A stretch of 64,000 nucleotides of DNA from Stenotrophomonas sp. Its GTDB lineage: Bacteria > Pseudomonadota > Gammaproteobacteria > Xanthomonadales > Xanthomonadaceae. Every line of letters starts with the position of its first letter. The stretch's first letter is position 1. This document shows positions 45,074 through 59,241 of the stretch, one piece after another. The notes beneath the pieces are model-generated. The model saw nothing but the letters and a program-made list of their open reading frames with translations, did not search any database and was not told where the DNA came from. Location: NCBI GenBank assembly GCA_049650985.1, contig JBASBF010000020.1, forward strand, positions 46,711 to 110,710, given 5' to 3'. Both the position numbers and the translations under genes were made by a program.

Positions 45074-45145
45074 GGCAGTGCCGGTTGCCGCAGCAATATC
45101 GAGAGTGCGAGCTTGCCGGCGCGTCCTCCGCACTACAATGACGCG

Positions 45146-46207
45146 ATGAACGACATCGCCATCGATTACGCCCGCTACGACCACATCCGCCCGATCCGCT
45201 GGACCGGTGAGGCACTGGAACTGCTGGACCAGCGCAAGCTCCCGTTCGTCGTCGAGCACGTGGCCTGCCACGACAGCGATGCGGTAGCCGCGGCCATTCA
45301 TTCGCTGGCCGTGCGCGGTGCACCGGCCATCGGTATCGCCGCGGCCTGGGGCGTGGTGCTGGCCACGCGCGATGTCCAGGCCGCCGATGGTGCGCAGGCA
45401 TTGCAGGCGCTGGAACCGGCAATGGCGCGGCTCAACGCTGCCCGGCCGACCGCCGTCAACCTGGCCTGGGCACTGGCGCGTATGCGCCGCGTGCTGGCCG
45501 GGGCAGGACAGGACTGGAAGCAGGTACTGGCGCGGGAAGCGCAGGCCATCGCCGACGAAGACCTGGCCGCCAACCGCCACATGGGCGTGCTGGGGGCCGG
45601 CCTGATCGCGCCGGGCAGCGGCGTGCTGACCCATTGCAACACCGGCTCGCTGGCCACTGCGGGCTTCGGCACCGCGCTGGGCGTGATTCGCGCCGGCATG
45701 GCGCAGGGGCGCATCGCGCGCGTGTTCGCCGGTGAAACCCGGCCGTGGCTGCAAGGCGCGCGGCTGACCGTGTGGGAACTGCAACAAGACGGCATCGACG
45801 CCACCCTGGTCGCCGACTCCGCCGCCTCGCACCTGATGAAGACCGGCGCGGTGCAGTGGGTGATCGTCGGTGCCGACCGCATCTGCGCCAACGGCGATAC
45901 CGCCAACAAGATCGGCACCTACCAGTTGGCCATCGCCGCGCGCCATCACGGCGTCAAATTGATGGTGGTGGCGCCGTCCTCGACCGTGGACATGGGCACC
46001 GCACATGGCGATGAAATCGAGATCGAACAGCGCGACGCCGGCGAGTTGTTCGGCGTCGGCGGCGTGCGTACCGTGGCTGAGGGCATCGCCGCCTGGAACC
46101 CGGTGTTCGACGTGACCCCCGGTGAATTGATCGACGCCATCGTGACCGAGAAGGGCGTGATCCAGAACCCGGACCGGGACGCGATGCAGACCGCGTTCGG
46201 CGGCTGA
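45146..46207 (+). CDS. mtnA: S-methyl-5-thioribose-1-phosphate isomerase
   Basis: ORF 45113..46207 trimmed to [13 protein letters not shown]. Motifs are [17 protein letters not shown] and [18 protein letters not shown]. Confidence 0.9.
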   Translation: MNDIAIDYARYDHIRPIRWTGEALELLDQRKLPFVVEHVACHDSDAVAAAIHSLAVRGAPAIGIAAAWGVVLATRDVQAADGAQALQALEPAMARLNAARPTAVNLAWALARMRRVLAGAGQDWKQVLAREAQAIADEDLAANRHMGVLGAGLIAPGSGVLTHCNTGSLATAGFGTALGVIRAGMAQGRIARVFAGETRPWLQGARLTVWELQQDGIDATLVADSAASHLMKTGAVQWVIVGADRICANGDTANKIGTYQLAIAARHHGVKLMVVAPSSTVDMGTAHGDEIEIEQRDAGELFGVGGVRTVAEGIAAWNPVFDVTPGELIDAIVTEKGVIQNPDRDAMQTAFGG

Positions 46208-46336
46208 AACCGGGTGGGGCGGGGCAGTGCCGCCAACATCGTTTTCCACCGCTACGCAGGCTACCGGGTGCGGCCGCTAAATCCTTGATTCATGCAGGCA
46301 AAACCCCTGAAAATACAGGCATCAAAGCCGCCGTTG

Positions 46337-46345
46337 TGATAGAAT
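46337..46345 (+). promoter_or_regulatory. candidate extended -10 promoter element upstream of gyrA
   Basis: TGaTAGAAT at 46337-46345, about 85 nt upstream of the gyrA ATG. There is no convincing -35. Confidence 0.3.
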
Positions 46346-46430
46346 CCGTCGCTTGAATCGAGCATCGGCGCAGTGCCCCTCCGGGGCTTCCGCGCGCCGG
46401 GCCGGACCGCTACCAGAAGACGGAATCCGA

Positions 46431-49151
<2,721 letters not shown>

Positions 49152-49173
49152 TCCACAGGCTTCGGGACGACAG

Positions 49174-49204
49174 AAAAAGCGCCGGCATTGCCGGCGCTTT
49201 TTTT
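49174..49204. terminator. bidirectional rho-independent terminator between gyrA and the recombinase gene
   Basis: aaaaa-gcgccggc-att-gccggcgc-ttttttt. An additional 9-bp hairpin at 49141-49165 encloses the gyrA stop codon. Confidence 0.85.
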
Positions 49205-49221
49205 CATCCGGTGGCTCAGGT

Positions 49222-50325
49222 TTACGGTTTGTCCTTCTCCTGCCCGGTTCCGGCCTTGCGCCTGGCCAGCAGGTTGGCGGCGGGGTTGTCGGTCACGCTG
49301 CCGGCCTGGAAATAGCCGACCACGCTGGCGACGGAACGGTGGTCCGTCATCGCCATCAAGGCGGGCAGGGCAACACCTTGGCGCGCCCCTTCGGTGACGA
49401 AGCCGGAACGCAGGCTGTGCCCGCCGAAATCCCCGTCCAGTCTGGCCAGCGCCGCGCGGCGCTGCACGATGTCGGCCACCGCCCGCGGCGAGATGCCCGG
49501 GCCGATGGTGTCGCCCCACAGGCGGCGGAAAACGGGGCCTTCCTGCAAACCACTGGCCTCCAGCCATGCGGTGAGCGCATCGGCGGCGACGCCGAGGATC
49601 GGCTTGTCCGGCGTGCCCGTGGCCTTCGGGCCGTCCTGCAATGTCTTGCCGTGTTCCAGACGGTAGAGATAGGCATCCGGGGCGATGCGGCGCAGGTCGG
49701 CCAGATCGGCCGCGGCGACTTCGCTGCGACGGCGTCCGCCGCTGGCGAAGGCGAAGTAGAGCAGGGCGCGGTCACGCAACCCTTCCAGCGTGTCGTCGCA
49801 GGTAGCGATCAGCGCTTCCAGCTCGTTGCCGGTGATAGCGGTCTTCTTGCGCGGGCGTTCGCCGCGCTTGTGGGCCGCGCGGCGGCCCTTGGACAACAGT
49901 TGCCGGACCTCGGGCGTTTCGCAGGGGTTGGGGAGCTTCTTGAGTTGATGGGCGGCCGACAATACGGCGATGCGGTGGATGATGGTGCTGAGCTTGAATG
50001 GTCCGGGACGTTGTTTCAGCCCGGCTGCCACCAGCTTTTCATCCAGCGTTTCCGGCAGTTCCCATGCCAGCCCGGTTTTTGCCTTGCGGGCCAGATGGTC
50101 GACGATGAACTGCACGACCGTGCTTGAATGCATCGGCAACTCGATCGTGCGGCCGTAGCGGCCTTGGTACCACGCGGTCCAGTAACGCAACGCGGTCTGG
50201 TAGCTGCGCGCGGTGTTGATCGAAGCCGCTTCGTCGAAGATTTCCCGTACGGCTTCGGCGGCACTGCTGGCCAGCTGTTCGGGTAGAAGCGCGGAAGGAA
50301 ACAGATCGAGAGCGGCGGATTTCAT
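49222..50325 (-). CDS. tyrosine-type site-specific recombinase/integrase
   Basis: 367-aa ORF with catalytic-motif candidates GGRRRSE (Arg I), GHSLRSG (HxxR) and HRSVASVVGY (His/Tyr). Confidence 0.8.
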   Translation of the reverse strand: MKSAALDLFPSALLPEQLASSAAEAVREIFDEAASINTARSYQTALRYWTAWYQGRYGRTIELPMHSSTVVQFIVDHLARKAKTGLAWELPETLDEKLVAAGLKQRPGPFKLSTIIHRIAVLSAAHQLKKLPNPCETPEVRQLLSKGRRAAHKRGERPRKKTAITGNELEALIATCDDTLEGLRDRALLYFAFASGGRRRSEVAAADLADLRRIAPDAYLYRLEHGKTLQDGPKATGTPDKPILGVAADALTAWLEASGLQEGPVFRRLWGDTIGPGISPRAVADIVQRRAALARLDGDFGGHSLRSGFVTEGARQGVALPALMAMTDHRSVASVVGYFQAGSVTDNPAANLLARRKAGTGQEKDKP

Positions 50326-50464
50326 GCGGATGACAAGATAGAGGTTCGGCAGGGAATCATTACGAACAAGGCCAGATTTGCGCTAAGCCATTGATATTAC
50401 GCAGGCACGTAGGTGGAGACTTAGTCGTCGCTGCTAAAAGTTGACGCCGCGCCTCACAAGGTTC

Positions 50465-50492
50465 TAGGTGGGTGCCTAGCGGCACCCACCTA
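50465..50492. terminator. perfect 12-bp-stem hairpin just downstream of the SulP stop codon
   Basis: taggtgggtgcc-tagc-ggcacccaccta. There is no clear U-tract on the minus (sulP) strand, so its function as a terminator is tentative. Confidence 0.4.
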
Positions 50493-50500
50493 TTTGCCGG

Positions 50501-51979
50501 TCAATGGCCAGACGATAGCGTGGCGCCCGGCGTTCGATGCTTGCCTAAGCGATCGACCAGCGTCTCACTCGCGTCGTTGAGACCATAGACCTCGACAATC
50601 GCGCCATGCTCACGCAGCTTCATTACCACCCGGTCCAGAGCGTCCACGGCGGTCAGATCCCAGAAGTGCGCATCTTTCAGATCGATGATGACGTCCTTGG
50701 GAACATCTAGATAGTTGAAGCTGCTCACGAACTGGCCAGCGGAGGCGAAGAACACCTGTCCCTTGACCACATAGACGCTTGACTCTGCGTCTACCTGGGT
50801 CATCTCGATGGTGAGCATTTTGCCAACCTTCCGGGTGAAGAACACTGCTGACAGGACGACGCCTGTCAGGACGCCCTTGGCCAGGTCGTGTGTAGCCACG
50901 GTGACTATCACGGTGCCAATCATCACCACTGACGAGCTCTTCGGATGGATGGCCAACTCACGCAGCGAGCGCCAGCTAAAGGTGCCGATGCTGACCATGA
51001 TCATCACCGCCACCAATGCTGCCATCGGAATCTGACTCACCAGGCCCGAGCCGTACACCACCAGCAAAAGCAGGACCACGCCGGCGACCAGGCAGGAAAG
51101 CCGGCCCCGGCCACCCGATGTGATATTGATCACCGACTGGCCGATCATGGCGCAGCCAGCCATGCCTCCGAAGAACCCGGTGACGGTGTTGGCTAACCCT
51201 TGGCCTGCACATTCGCGATTCTTCTGGCTCGGCGTCTCGGTCATGTCTTCCACGATCTGCGCCGTCATCAGCGACTCCAGCAGGCCTACCACCGCCAACG
51301 TCGCCGACACCGGCAGCAGAATCTGCAGCGTTTCCCAGGTCAGCGGCACGTTGGGGATCAGAAATACCGGAAGGCTGTCCGGCAGTTCGCCCATGTCGCC
51401 GACGGTGCGCACCTCAAACCCGAAGTACATGGAGGCAGCTGTCAAGACGACGATGGCCACCAAGGGCGAAGGAATCGCCTTGGTCAGCAGCGGCAATAGA
51501 TAGATGATTGCCAAACCCACAGCACAGATCGCGTAGACCGGCCAAGGCATTCCGATCAGCTCGGGTAGCTGTGCAAGGAAGATCAAGATAGCCAGTGCGT
51601 TGACAAAGCCGGTGACCACCGAGCGTGATACAAAGCGCATCAGCGAGCCCAGTCGCATAGCACCGGCAATCATTTGCAGCACGCCTGCCAAGATCGTCGC
51701 CGCGAACAAGTACTGGATGCCATGATCCTTGACCAGGGTGACCATCAACAAGGCCATGGCGCCGGTCGCGGCCGAGATCATGCCAGGGCGACCACCGGCG
51801 ATGGCGGTGATGACTGCGATGCAGAACGAGGCATACAAGCCCACTTTGGGGTCGACGCCGGCGATGATGGAAAACGCGATGGCCTCGGGAATCAGGGCCA
51901 GTGCAACGACGATGCCGGACAGTAAGTCGCCACGGATATTGCCGAGCCATTGCTGGCGCAGGGGATAGATTGCAGACAT
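50501..51979 (-). CDS. SulP family inorganic anion transporter with C-terminal STAS domain
   Basis: ORF 50501..52066 trimmed to [42 protein letters not shown]. It has a multi-TM core and a STAS-like C-terminus ([23 protein letters not shown]). Confidence 0.85.
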   Translation of the reverse strand: MSAIYPLRQQWLGNIRGDLLSGIVVALALIPEAIAFSIIAGVDPKVGLYASFCIAVITAIAGGRPGMISAATGAMALLMVTLVKDHGIQYLFAATILAGVLQMIAGAMRLGSLMRFVSRSVVTGFVNALAILIFLAQLPELIGMPWPVYAICAVGLAIIYLLPLLTKAIPSPLVAIVVLTAASMYFGFEVRTVGDMGELPDSLPVFLIPNVPLTWETLQILLPVSATLAVVGLLESLMTAQIVEDMTETPSQKNRECAGQGLANTVTGFFGGMAGCAMIGQSVINITSGGRGRLSCLVAGVVLLLLVVYGSGLVSQIPMAALVAVMIMVSIGTFSWRSLRELAIHPKSSSVVMIGTVIVTVATHDLAKGVLTGVVLSAVFFTRKVGKMLTIEMTQVDAESSVYVVKGQVFFASAGQFVSSFNYLDVPKDVIIDLKDAHFWDLTAVDALDRVVMKLREHGAIVEVYGLNDASETLVDRLGKHRTPGATLSSGH

Positions 51980-52246
51980 AGAAAATGATCTCCGCGCACG
52001 GCAGTGCGCGCCAAACGAAGGAAACAGGCACCCTTTCCAGACGTTACTGTCTGGATCGCTCTTCAATCAGGCGTCAGGGTGGAGTCATCGCTGGTGGATC
52101 ATCAGGTTAGAGAATCGATATTGTAAGTCTAGAGCGAAGTGTTGGCGAGCGGAGCAGAGCATAGGAAGGTGTGCGTCTCGCTCATATTTGCTACCGCTAG
52201 CGCCAGGCACGGCATATGATCCCAAGGTGTTACGCCGAGTGAACTG

Positions 52247-52666
52247 TCAGACCACGCGCCTTCCCTCCTGATCGATCACCACCTCACCATCTTCCTTGGT
52301 AAACGGCCTGTCCACCGCTGGAAGGATGTCGAGTACGACTTCTGATGGCCGGCAAAGACGGATACCCGCCTCCGTTTGCACGAATGGGCGATTGATCAGT
52401 ATCGGGTGCGCTAGCATGGCATCGAGCAAGGCATCGTCGCTGAGTGCGGCATCGCCCAGCCCCAGCTCGTCATGCGGCGTGCCCTTCTGCCGGATCGCAT
52501 CACGCACCTTCAAGCCAGCTCCGGAAATCAGCTCGATAAGACGCACTCGGCTAGGCGGGTTGGTCAGGTAATCAATCACCTCGGGCTCAATCCCGGCGTG
52601 TCGAATCAAGGCGAGAGTGTTCCGCGAGGTGCCGCACTTCGGATTGTGGTAAATGACAGCGTTCAT
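52247..52666 (-). CDS. arsC: arsenate reductase, glutaredoxin-coupled ArsC type
   Basis: [34 protein letters not shown] matches the R773-type ArsC catalytic Cys motif (CGTSRN). Confidence 0.85.
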   Translation of the reverse strand: MNAVIYHNPKCGTSRNTLALIRHAGIEPEVIDYLTNPPSRVRLIELISGAGLKVRDAIRQKGTPHDELGLGDAALSDDALLDAMLAHPILINRPFVQTEAGIRLCRPSEVVLDILPAVDRPFTKEDGEVVIDQEGRRVV

Positions 52667-53403
52667 GCGCTTTCCTCTTGGTTCAACGCGGCTTCCAGCA
52701 CGCCTGCGGCGGCTGCCAGCGCCGCCGCTTCAACAGCGCCCTTGCGCTCGCTGTAGCGATCCACCAGGTAGTCGCTGCGCCCGCGCACCAGCAGAGTGAA
52801 CTTGACCAGTTCCTCCATCACGTCCACCACCCGATCGTAGTACGCCGATGGCTTCATACGCCCGTCGTCATCGAACTCCTGCCAGGCTTTGGCGACCGAC
52901 GATTGGTTGGGGATCGTCACCATCCGCATCCAGCGGCCGAGCACGCGCAGCGTGTTGACCACGTTGAAGGACTGCGAGCCGCCGCAGACCTGCATCACTG
53001 CCAGCGTGCGGCCTTGGGTGGGTCGAACGCTGCCTTCTTCCAGCGGCAGCCAGTCGATCTGGTTCTTGAATACAGCGGTAAGGGTGCCGTGGCGTTCGGG
53101 GCTGACCCACACGTGGCCTTCGGACCACAGTGAGGCCTGGCGCAGCTCCTGAACCTTGGGGTGGGTAGCTGGCACCGAGTCCAGCATCGGCAGCTCATGC
53201 GGGTCGAACAAGCGGGTTTCCGCTCCGAGCTGTTCCAGTAGCCGCTGCGCCTCCAGCGCCAGCTTGCGGCTGAACGACTGCGGGCGCAGCGACCCGTACA
53301 AGATCAGGATGCGCGGGCGATGCTGCTGCTCGCCCGGATCACTGAGCTTGGCGGCCGTAGGAATGTCCAAGGCGCCCGGAACCACGTTGGGAATCTGCTG
53401 CAT
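52663..53403 (-). CDS. arsH: arsenical resistance protein ArsH (NADPH-dependent FMN reductase)
   Basis: ORF 52663..53655 trimmed to [15 protein letters not shown] (246 aa). It has [19 protein letters not shown] and the ArsH family pattern. Its stop overlaps the arsC ATG (ATGA). Confidence 0.85.
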   Translation of the reverse strand: MQQIPNVVPGALDIPTAAKLSDPGEQQHRPRILILYGSLRPQSFSRKLALEAQRLLEQLGAETRLFDPHELPMLDSVPATHPKVQELRQASLWSEGHVWVSPERHGTLTAVFKNQIDWLPLEEGSVRPTQGRTLAVMQVCGGSQSFNVVNTLRVLGRWMRMVTIPNQSSVAKAWQEFDDDGRMKPSAYYDRVVDVMEELVKFTLLVRGRSDYLVDRYSERKGAVEAAALAAAAGVLEAALNQEESA

Positions 53404-53443
53404 GGGGGTTGTCCTGCCAATTCGATTCGAATATTCTAGAATC
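53404..53443. promoter_or_regulatory. 40-bp divergent arsH / arsR control region with AT-rich near-palindrome
   Basis: gggggttgtcctgccAATTCGATTCGAATATTCTAGAATc. The palindromic core GAATATTC is at 53429-53436. Confidence 0.45.
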
Positions 53444-53758
53444 ATGGAACATAAAAACGCAACCCACGCTCTTGCTGCCCTGGGCCATGCCACCCGCCTG
53501 TCGATCTTCCGCCTGCTGGTGCAGGCCGGCAGCGGCGGCAAGCTGGCCGGCGACATCGCCCAAGCGCTCGCCTTGCCTGGCGCCACACTTTCCTTCCATC
53601 TGAAGGAACTGCTGGCTGCCGGCCTGATCAGCGCCGAGCAACGTGGCCGGACCATCTGCTACCGGGCCGAGTTTGTGGCGATGAACGAGCTGCTGGCCTA
53701 CCTCACCGAAAACTGCTGTGCCGACGAACAGTCCTGCGAACGCCCCGCTGGCTGCTGA
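53444..53758 (+). CDS. arsR: ArsR/SmtB family regulator with C-terminal CC-x5-C motif
   Basis: ORF 53156..53758 trimmed to [26 protein letters not shown]. It has a wHTH ([23 protein letters not shown]) and a C-terminal [16 protein letters not shown]. There is no CVC motif in the DNA-binding helix. Confidence 0.85.
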   Translation: MEHKNATHALAALGHATRLSIFRLLVQAGSGGKLAGDIAQALALPGATLSFHLKELLAAGLISAEQRGRTICYRAEFVAMNELLAYLTENCCADEQSCERPAGC

Positions 53759-53784
53759 CCAACCCTACCTTAGAGATCGCTCAA

Positions 53785-54276
53785 ATGACCCGTCGCGTCT
53801 TGTTCTTGTGTACCGGTAATTCCGCTCGGAGCGTGTTGGCCGAATCGACCCTGAAAAAATGGGGCGAAGGCCGCTACGAGTCCTTCAGCGCGGGCAGCCA
53901 ACCAGCCGGTCGTGTCAACCCGTTCGCGATCGCCCAGCTGCAGCGCGAGGGCTTCCCGGTGGACGGCCTGCGCAGCAAGTCGTGGGACGAGTTCGCCGAA
54001 GCTGATGCCGCCCCGATGGATCTGATCGTCACCGTCTGCGACAGCGCGGCGGCCGAGGCTTGCCCGGTGGTGTTTGGCGACTTTGTGCGGGTGCATTGGG
54101 GCCTGTTCGATCCGGCCGGTGTTGAAGGCTCGGACGAACAGAAGGCCGAAGCCTTCGATCGCGCGCATCAGATCATCAAGGCGCGCCTGAAGGCTTTCCT
54201 CGACATCCCCGACAACGCATGGGACGACCGCGACGCGCTCAAGGCCCAGCTCGAGCCGATCGCGCAGATCAACTGA
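53785..54276 (+). CDS. arsC: arsenate reductase, LMW-PTP (thioredoxin-coupled) ArsC type
   Basis: The CX5R P-loop ([11 protein letters not shown]) and LMW phosphatase fold are followed by acr3 and trxB. Confidence 0.85.
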   Translation: MTRRVLFLCTGNSARSVLAESTLKKWGEGRYESFSAGSQPAGRVNPFAIAQLQREGFPVDGLRSKSWDEFAEADAAPMDLIVTVCDSAAAEACPVVFGDFVRVHWGLFDPAGVEGSDEQKAEAFDRAHQIIKARLKAFLDIPDNAWDDRDALKAQLEPIAQIN

Positions 54277-54296
54277 CCGTCTTTCCGGAAAATGCC

Positions 54297-55355
54297 ATGA
54301 CCACTGATACCTCCCGCCTGTCCTTCCTGGACCGGTACCTCACGCTCTGGATCTTCGCCGCCATGGCGCTGGGCGTCGGCCTGGGGGCGTTGTTCGAGGG
54401 CGCGCCCAGCGCGTTGAACAGCCTCTCCATAGGGTCGACCAACATCCCGATCGCAATCGGCCTGATCCTGATGATGTATCCGCCGCTGGCCAAGGTGAAG
54501 TACGAAGAACTGCCGCGGGTTTTCGCTGACAAGCGCGTGTTGATGCTCTCGCTGCTGCAGAACTGGATCATCGGCCCGTTCCTGATGTTCGGCCTGGCCG
54601 TGCTGTTCCTGCGCGACTACCCCGAATACATGACCGGCCTGATCCTGATCGGGCTGGCCCGCTGCATCGCGATGGTGCTGGTGTGGAACCAACTCGCCCG
54701 TGGCGACGCCCAGTATGTTGCTGGACTGGTGGCATTCAACTCGATCTTCCAGATCGCGCTGTTCAGCCTCTACGCGTGGTTCTTCCTGTCTTGGTTGCCG
54801 CCGGTGTTCGGTCTGCAGGGCAGCGTCATCGATGTTAGTTTCTGGACCATCGCCGAGGCTGTTCTGATCTACCTTGGCATCCCGTTCCTGGCCGGTTTCC
54901 TCACCAGTCGATGGCTGAAGGCGCGTAAGGGTGTGCGCTGGTATGAAGAGAAATTCCTGCCTGCAATCAGTCCGATAACCCTTGCCGCATTGCTGTTTAC
55001 TATCGTGGCGATGTTCAGTCTGAAGGGCGGCGACGTGCTGCGAATTCCGATGGACGCAGTACGCATCGCGATTCCGCTGACGCTGTACTTCATCATCCAG
55101 TTCGTCATCAGCTTCTTCATGGGCAAGCTGATCGCCAAAGACTACCCCCGCACCACCGCGATCGCGTTCACTGCAGCAGGCAACAACTTCGAACTGGCGA
55201 TCGCCGTGGCCATCGCGGCTTTCGGCCTGGCCTCGCCGGTCGCATTCGCCGCTGTCATCGGCCCACTCGTGGAAGTGCCGGTGCTGATCCTGCTGGTCCA
55301 CGTCGCCTTGCGGCTGGGCAAACGCTACTTTCCTGCCGATGCACGGAGCCGCTGA
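54297..55355 (+). CDS. acr3: ACR3 family arsenite efflux transporter
   Basis: ORF 54219..55355 trimmed to [30 protein letters not shown]. It is a 10-TM ACR3-type protein. Confidence 0.9.
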   Translation: MTTDTSRLSFLDRYLTLWIFAAMALGVGLGALFEGAPSALNSLSIGSTNIPIAIGLILMMYPPLAKVKYEELPRVFADKRVLMLSLLQNWIIGPFLMFGLAVLFLRDYPEYMTGLILIGLARCIAMVLVWNQLARGDAQYVAGLVAFNSIFQIALFSLYAWFFLSWLPPVFGLQGSVIDVSFWTIAEAVLIYLGIPFLAGFLTSRWLKARKGVRWYEEKFLPAISPITLAALLFTIVAMFSLKGGDVLRIPMDAVRIAIPLTLYFIIQFVISFFMGKLIAKDYPRTTAIAFTAAGNNFELAIAVAIAAFGLASPVAFAAVIGPLVEVPVLILLVHVALRLGKRYFPADARSR

Positions 55356-56342
<987 letters not shown>

Positions 56343-56366
56343 GTGCTGCAGCGCGAGGAAGTCCAG

Positions 56367-57437
56367 ATGGACAGCATCGATGTGGTGGTAATTGGAGGCG
56401 GTCAGGCCGGGCTGGCGGCCGGTTACTTCCTGCGTCGCAGCGGGCTGTCCTATGTGATTCTTGATGCCGAAACGTCTCCTGGCGGGGCGTGGCAGCATGC
56501 GTGGGAATCCTTGCATCTGTTCTCGCCGGCGGGCTGGAGCTCGATTCCCGGTTGGCCGATGCCTGCCACTCGGGAACCGTACCCGTCGCAGGCGGAAGTA
56601 CTGGACTACCTCGCGTGCTACGAGCACAAATATGCGCTGCCGGTCATCCGTCCCGTGCAGGTGGAACGCATCAGCCGTTCGGGGAAACGGCTGCTGGTGG
56701 AAGCAGATGACGGCCGACAGTGGCACACACGCGCAGTGATTAGCGCCACAGGTACCTGGCGGCGTCCCTACACGCCCGGCTATGAAGGTTTGGACGCATT
56801 CGGCGGTGTGCAGCTGCACTCGGCCCACTACAGCCATCCCGAACCCTTCGCCGGAACGCGCGTGGCCATCATCGGTGGCGGCAACTCAGGCGCACAGATT
56901 CTGGCCGAGGTATCCAAGGTGGCCGAGACCACCTGGATCACCCAGCGGGAGCCAGCCTTTCTCGCCGACGATGTGGACGGGCGCGTTCTATTCGCACGCG
57001 CAACCGAGAAGTGGAGGGCTCAGCAGGAAGGACGCGAGCCGGATGTTCCAGAGGGTGGTTTTGGCGACATCGTCATGGTGCCGCCGGTGGTGGACGCACG
57101 GCGCCGCGGTGTACTGGTTTCCATGACGCCACCCGTCCGTTTCACCGCCACCGGCATGCAGTGGGCAGATGGCAGCGAACGCAACTTCGACGCGGTGATC
57201 TGGTGCACCGGCTTCCGGCCGGCCTTGTCGCACCTGGAAGGACTGGGTCTGGTCAACGCCCAAGGTCGGATCGACGTGGATGACACCAAGGTTCGTTCGA
57301 TCGCAGAGCCATCGGTCTGGCTGCTGGGCTATGGCGACTGGAATGGTGCCGCGTCAGCCACGCTGATCGGCGTGACCCGTTATGCGCGGGAGGTAGTGAG
57401 ACAAGTTACAGCCTGTTGCGCAGCTGCGTGTGGCTAG
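56367..57437 (+). CDS. arsO: ArsO-like flavin-dependent monooxygenase
   Basis: ORF 56343..57437. The start is placed at ATG 56367, after a gaggaag RBS. It has two dinucleotide-binding motifs ([12 protein letters not shown]; [12 protein letters not shown]) in an ars-cluster context. Confidence 0.7.
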   Translation: MDSIDVVVIGGGQAGLAAGYFLRRSGLSYVILDAETSPGGAWQHAWESLHLFSPAGWSSIPGWPMPATREPYPSQAEVLDYLACYEHKYALPVIRPVQVERISRSGKRLLVEADDGRQWHTRAVISATGTWRRPYTPGYEGLDAFGGVQLHSAHYSHPEPFAGTRVAIIGGGNSGAQILAEVSKVAETTWITQREPAFLADDVDGRVLFARATEKWRAQQEGREPDVPEGGFGDIVMVPPVVDARRRGVLVSMTPPVRFTATGMQWADGSERNFDAVIWCTGFRPALSHLEGLGLVNAQGRIDVDDTKVRSIAEPSVWLLGYGDWNGAASATLIGVTRYAREVVRQVTACCAAACG

Positions 57438-57476
57438 TCGGCAAAGAACATCCGCTGGGGTGCCAGTATCCCAACA

Positions 57477-57505
57477 AAGTCCCGCTCTGGCGGGACTTTT
57501 GCTTT
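57477..57505 (+). terminator. rho-independent terminator after arsO
   Basis: aagtcccgc-tctg-gcgggactt followed by ttgcttt. Confidence 0.65.
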
Positions 57506-57538
57506 GGAGGCCTCTTGAATCGTCATCTGAATAGCCAC

Positions 57539-57556
57539 CTGTCATCAGGTTGTCAT
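57539..57556 (+). promoter_or_regulatory. candidate Pho box (PhoB binding site)
   Basis: CTGTCAT-cagg-TTGTCAT. Two 7-bp direct repeats with a 4-bp spacer match the CTGTCAT-N4-CTGTCAY architecture. The site is 70 nt upstream of the arsR2 ATG. Confidence 0.55.
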
Positions 57557-57581
57557 ACAGAAGGGGGAGCATCTCAATCTG

Positions 57582-57608
57582 TCGACATATCTCGACATAT
57601 CGACATAT
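57582..57608 (+). promoter_or_regulatory. triple direct repeat (T)CGACATAT x3 (candidate operator / -10 overlap)
   Basis: TCGACATAT-c-TCGACATAT-CGACATAT. It lies between the Pho box and the RBS (gggaga) of arsR2. Confidence 0.45.
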
Positions 57609-57625
57609 GCAACGGGAGAATCTCC

Positions 57626-58060
57626 ATGGCCCAACCCCAACGTGTTCTGGACTTCGATTACTTCGAGCGACGCTCCTTGAGCGCGTCGATGTCCATCGAC
57701 CACGCATTGGATGCCCTTTCGGCACTCAGCAATGGGGCGCGCCTGGTGATTTTCCGCACGCTGGTGAACCACGAGCCGGAAGGCCTCACGGCCGGAGTCC
57801 TGACCGACATGATGGGGATGCGCCACAACACGCTTTCCAACCACTTAGCAGTGCTTAGTCGCGGCGGGTTGATCTGCGGAACCCGCGAAGGGCGGTTCGT
57901 GCGCTACCGCGCCTGCCTGGACGGAATGCATGGGCTGTTGGGATTCCTGCTCGACGACTGCTGCGGCGGACGGTCTGAGCTGTGCCTTCAGCCGCACCCG
58001 ACCGATCCTGCCTGCGACTGTGTGGCGGAGGTGCCGGCTCCGCCCAGACTTTTCAAATAG
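57626..58060 (+). CDS. arsR: ArsR/SmtB family regulator with C-terminal Cys cluster (second copy)
   Basis: ORF 57416..58060 trimmed to MAQPQRVLDFDYFERR. It has a wHTH (LTAGVLTDMMGMRHNTLSNHLAVL) and a C-terminal DDCCGGRSELC...CDC. Confidence 0.75.
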   Translation: MAQPQRVLDFDYFERRSLSASMSIDHALDALSALSNGARLVIFRTLVNHEPEGLTAGVLTDMMGMRHNTLSNHLAVLSRGGLICGTREGRFVRYRACLDGMHGLLGFLLDDCCGGRSELCLQPHPTDPACDCVAEVPAPPRLFK

Positions 58061-58138
58061 TCCTGCCCCATCCAGCTGGGGAGCTCGGTGGGCAAATACC
58101 AATAGCACCCAAGAACATCCGAACATAGGAGATTCTCA

Positions 58139-59191
58139 ATGTATCTGCGTCTCACCCTTCTTGCGGCAGCCACGCTCTCCATCGTCGCGTGCTCGCCCTC
58201 CAATACGCCGGCCGCTTCGGAGCAGAACGGCAATTCCGCGGCGGGCAAAACAGCCGAGATCAGCGGCATGGTGAGCACGGACGGTTCGTCGACCGTGTTT
58301 CCCGTCACCGAAGCGATGGCCGAAGAGTTCCAGAAAGAAAATGCCGGCATCAACGTAACGGTCGGCATGTCAGGAACCGGTGGCGGCTTCAAGAAGTTCT
58401 GTCGCGGTGAAACCGACATCTCCAATGCGTCGCGCCCGATCAAGGGTGAGGAGAAGGAAGCCTGCAAGGCCGCTGGCGTGGAGTACATCGAGCTTCCAGT
58501 CGCGATAGACGCTTTGACAGTCGTGGTCAACCCACAGAACACCTGGGCCAATGACCTCACCGTCGACGAACTGAAGGCCATGTGGGTGCCTGAAGCACAG
58601 GGCAAGATCACCAACTGGAACCAGATTCGTCCGAGCTTCCCGGACAAGCCGCTGGTCCTCTACGGTGCAGGTACCGATTCGGGAACCTACGACTATTTCA
58701 CCGCCGCCATCGTTGGCAAGGAGCACTCCAGTCGCGGCGATTACACGGCCTCCGAGGACGACAACGTGCTGGTGCAGGGAGTCTCGGGTGATGCCAATGC
58801 ACTGGGGTTCTTCGGTTTGGCCTATTACGAAGAAAACGCCGACAAGCTCAAGGCAGTAGGCATCAAGACCAACGCCGCCGCCCAGGCGGTCGCGCCCAGC
58901 GTCGAAACCGCGCGCTCCGGCCAGTATCAGCCTCTGTCGCGCCCGATCTTCATCTACGTAAGCAAGAAGGCCGCCGAAACCAAGCCCGAAGTCGCGCGCT
59001 TTGTCGAGTTCTATCTGGACTCCAAGCACTCCGAAGGATTGGTGCAGGAGGTGGGCTATGTACCGCTGCCGGAGAACGCATTGGCCGCAATGCGCGAGCG
59101 CTTTGCAAAGCGGGAGATTGGCACCGGCTTCACTGGCTCGAAGATTGGCGTTTCCATCGACGAGCTGCTGAAAGAGAAGCTGGTTTACTGA
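58139..59191 (+). CDS. pstS: phosphate ABC transporter substrate-binding lipoprotein PstS family
   Basis: Lipobox LSIVAC, plus [17 protein letters not shown] and GTGGGFKKF motifs of the PBP-like-2 PstS group. An aggaga RBS precedes the start. Confidence 0.85.
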   Translation: MYLRLTLLAAATLSIVACSPSNTPAASEQNGNSAAGKTAEISGMVSTDGSSTVFPVTEAMAEEFQKENAGINVTVGMSGTGGGFKKFCRGETDISNASRPIKGEEKEACKAAGVEYIELPVAIDALTVVVNPQNTWANDLTVDELKAMWVPEAQGKITNWNQIRPSFPDKPLVLYGAGTDSGTYDYFTAAIVGKEHSSRGDYTASEDDNVLVQGVSGDANALGFFGLAYYEENADKLKAVGIKTNAAAQAVAPSVETARSGQYQPLSRPIFIYVSKKAAETKPEVARFVEFYLDSKHSEGLVQEVGYVPLPENALAAMRERFAKREIGTGFTGSKIGVSIDELLKEKLVY

Positions 59192-59241
59192 CAATCATGG
59201 TCGGCGCGCACAGCGATGTGCGCGCTGGCTGAGGCCGTCTG

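Noticed and set aside
44045-46249. 734-aa ORF antisense to the epmA, DUF3011 and mtnA genes
   Set aside because: It spans three well-supported genes on the other strand and has no motifs. It is a high-GC open-frame artefact.
57582-57608. Possible CRISPR or minisatellite (also the 12-nt repeats at 2942-3013)
   Set aside because: The repeats are directly adjacent with no spacers and are only 8-12 nt long. One set is in frame inside a CDS and the other is in a promoter region. There are no cas genes.
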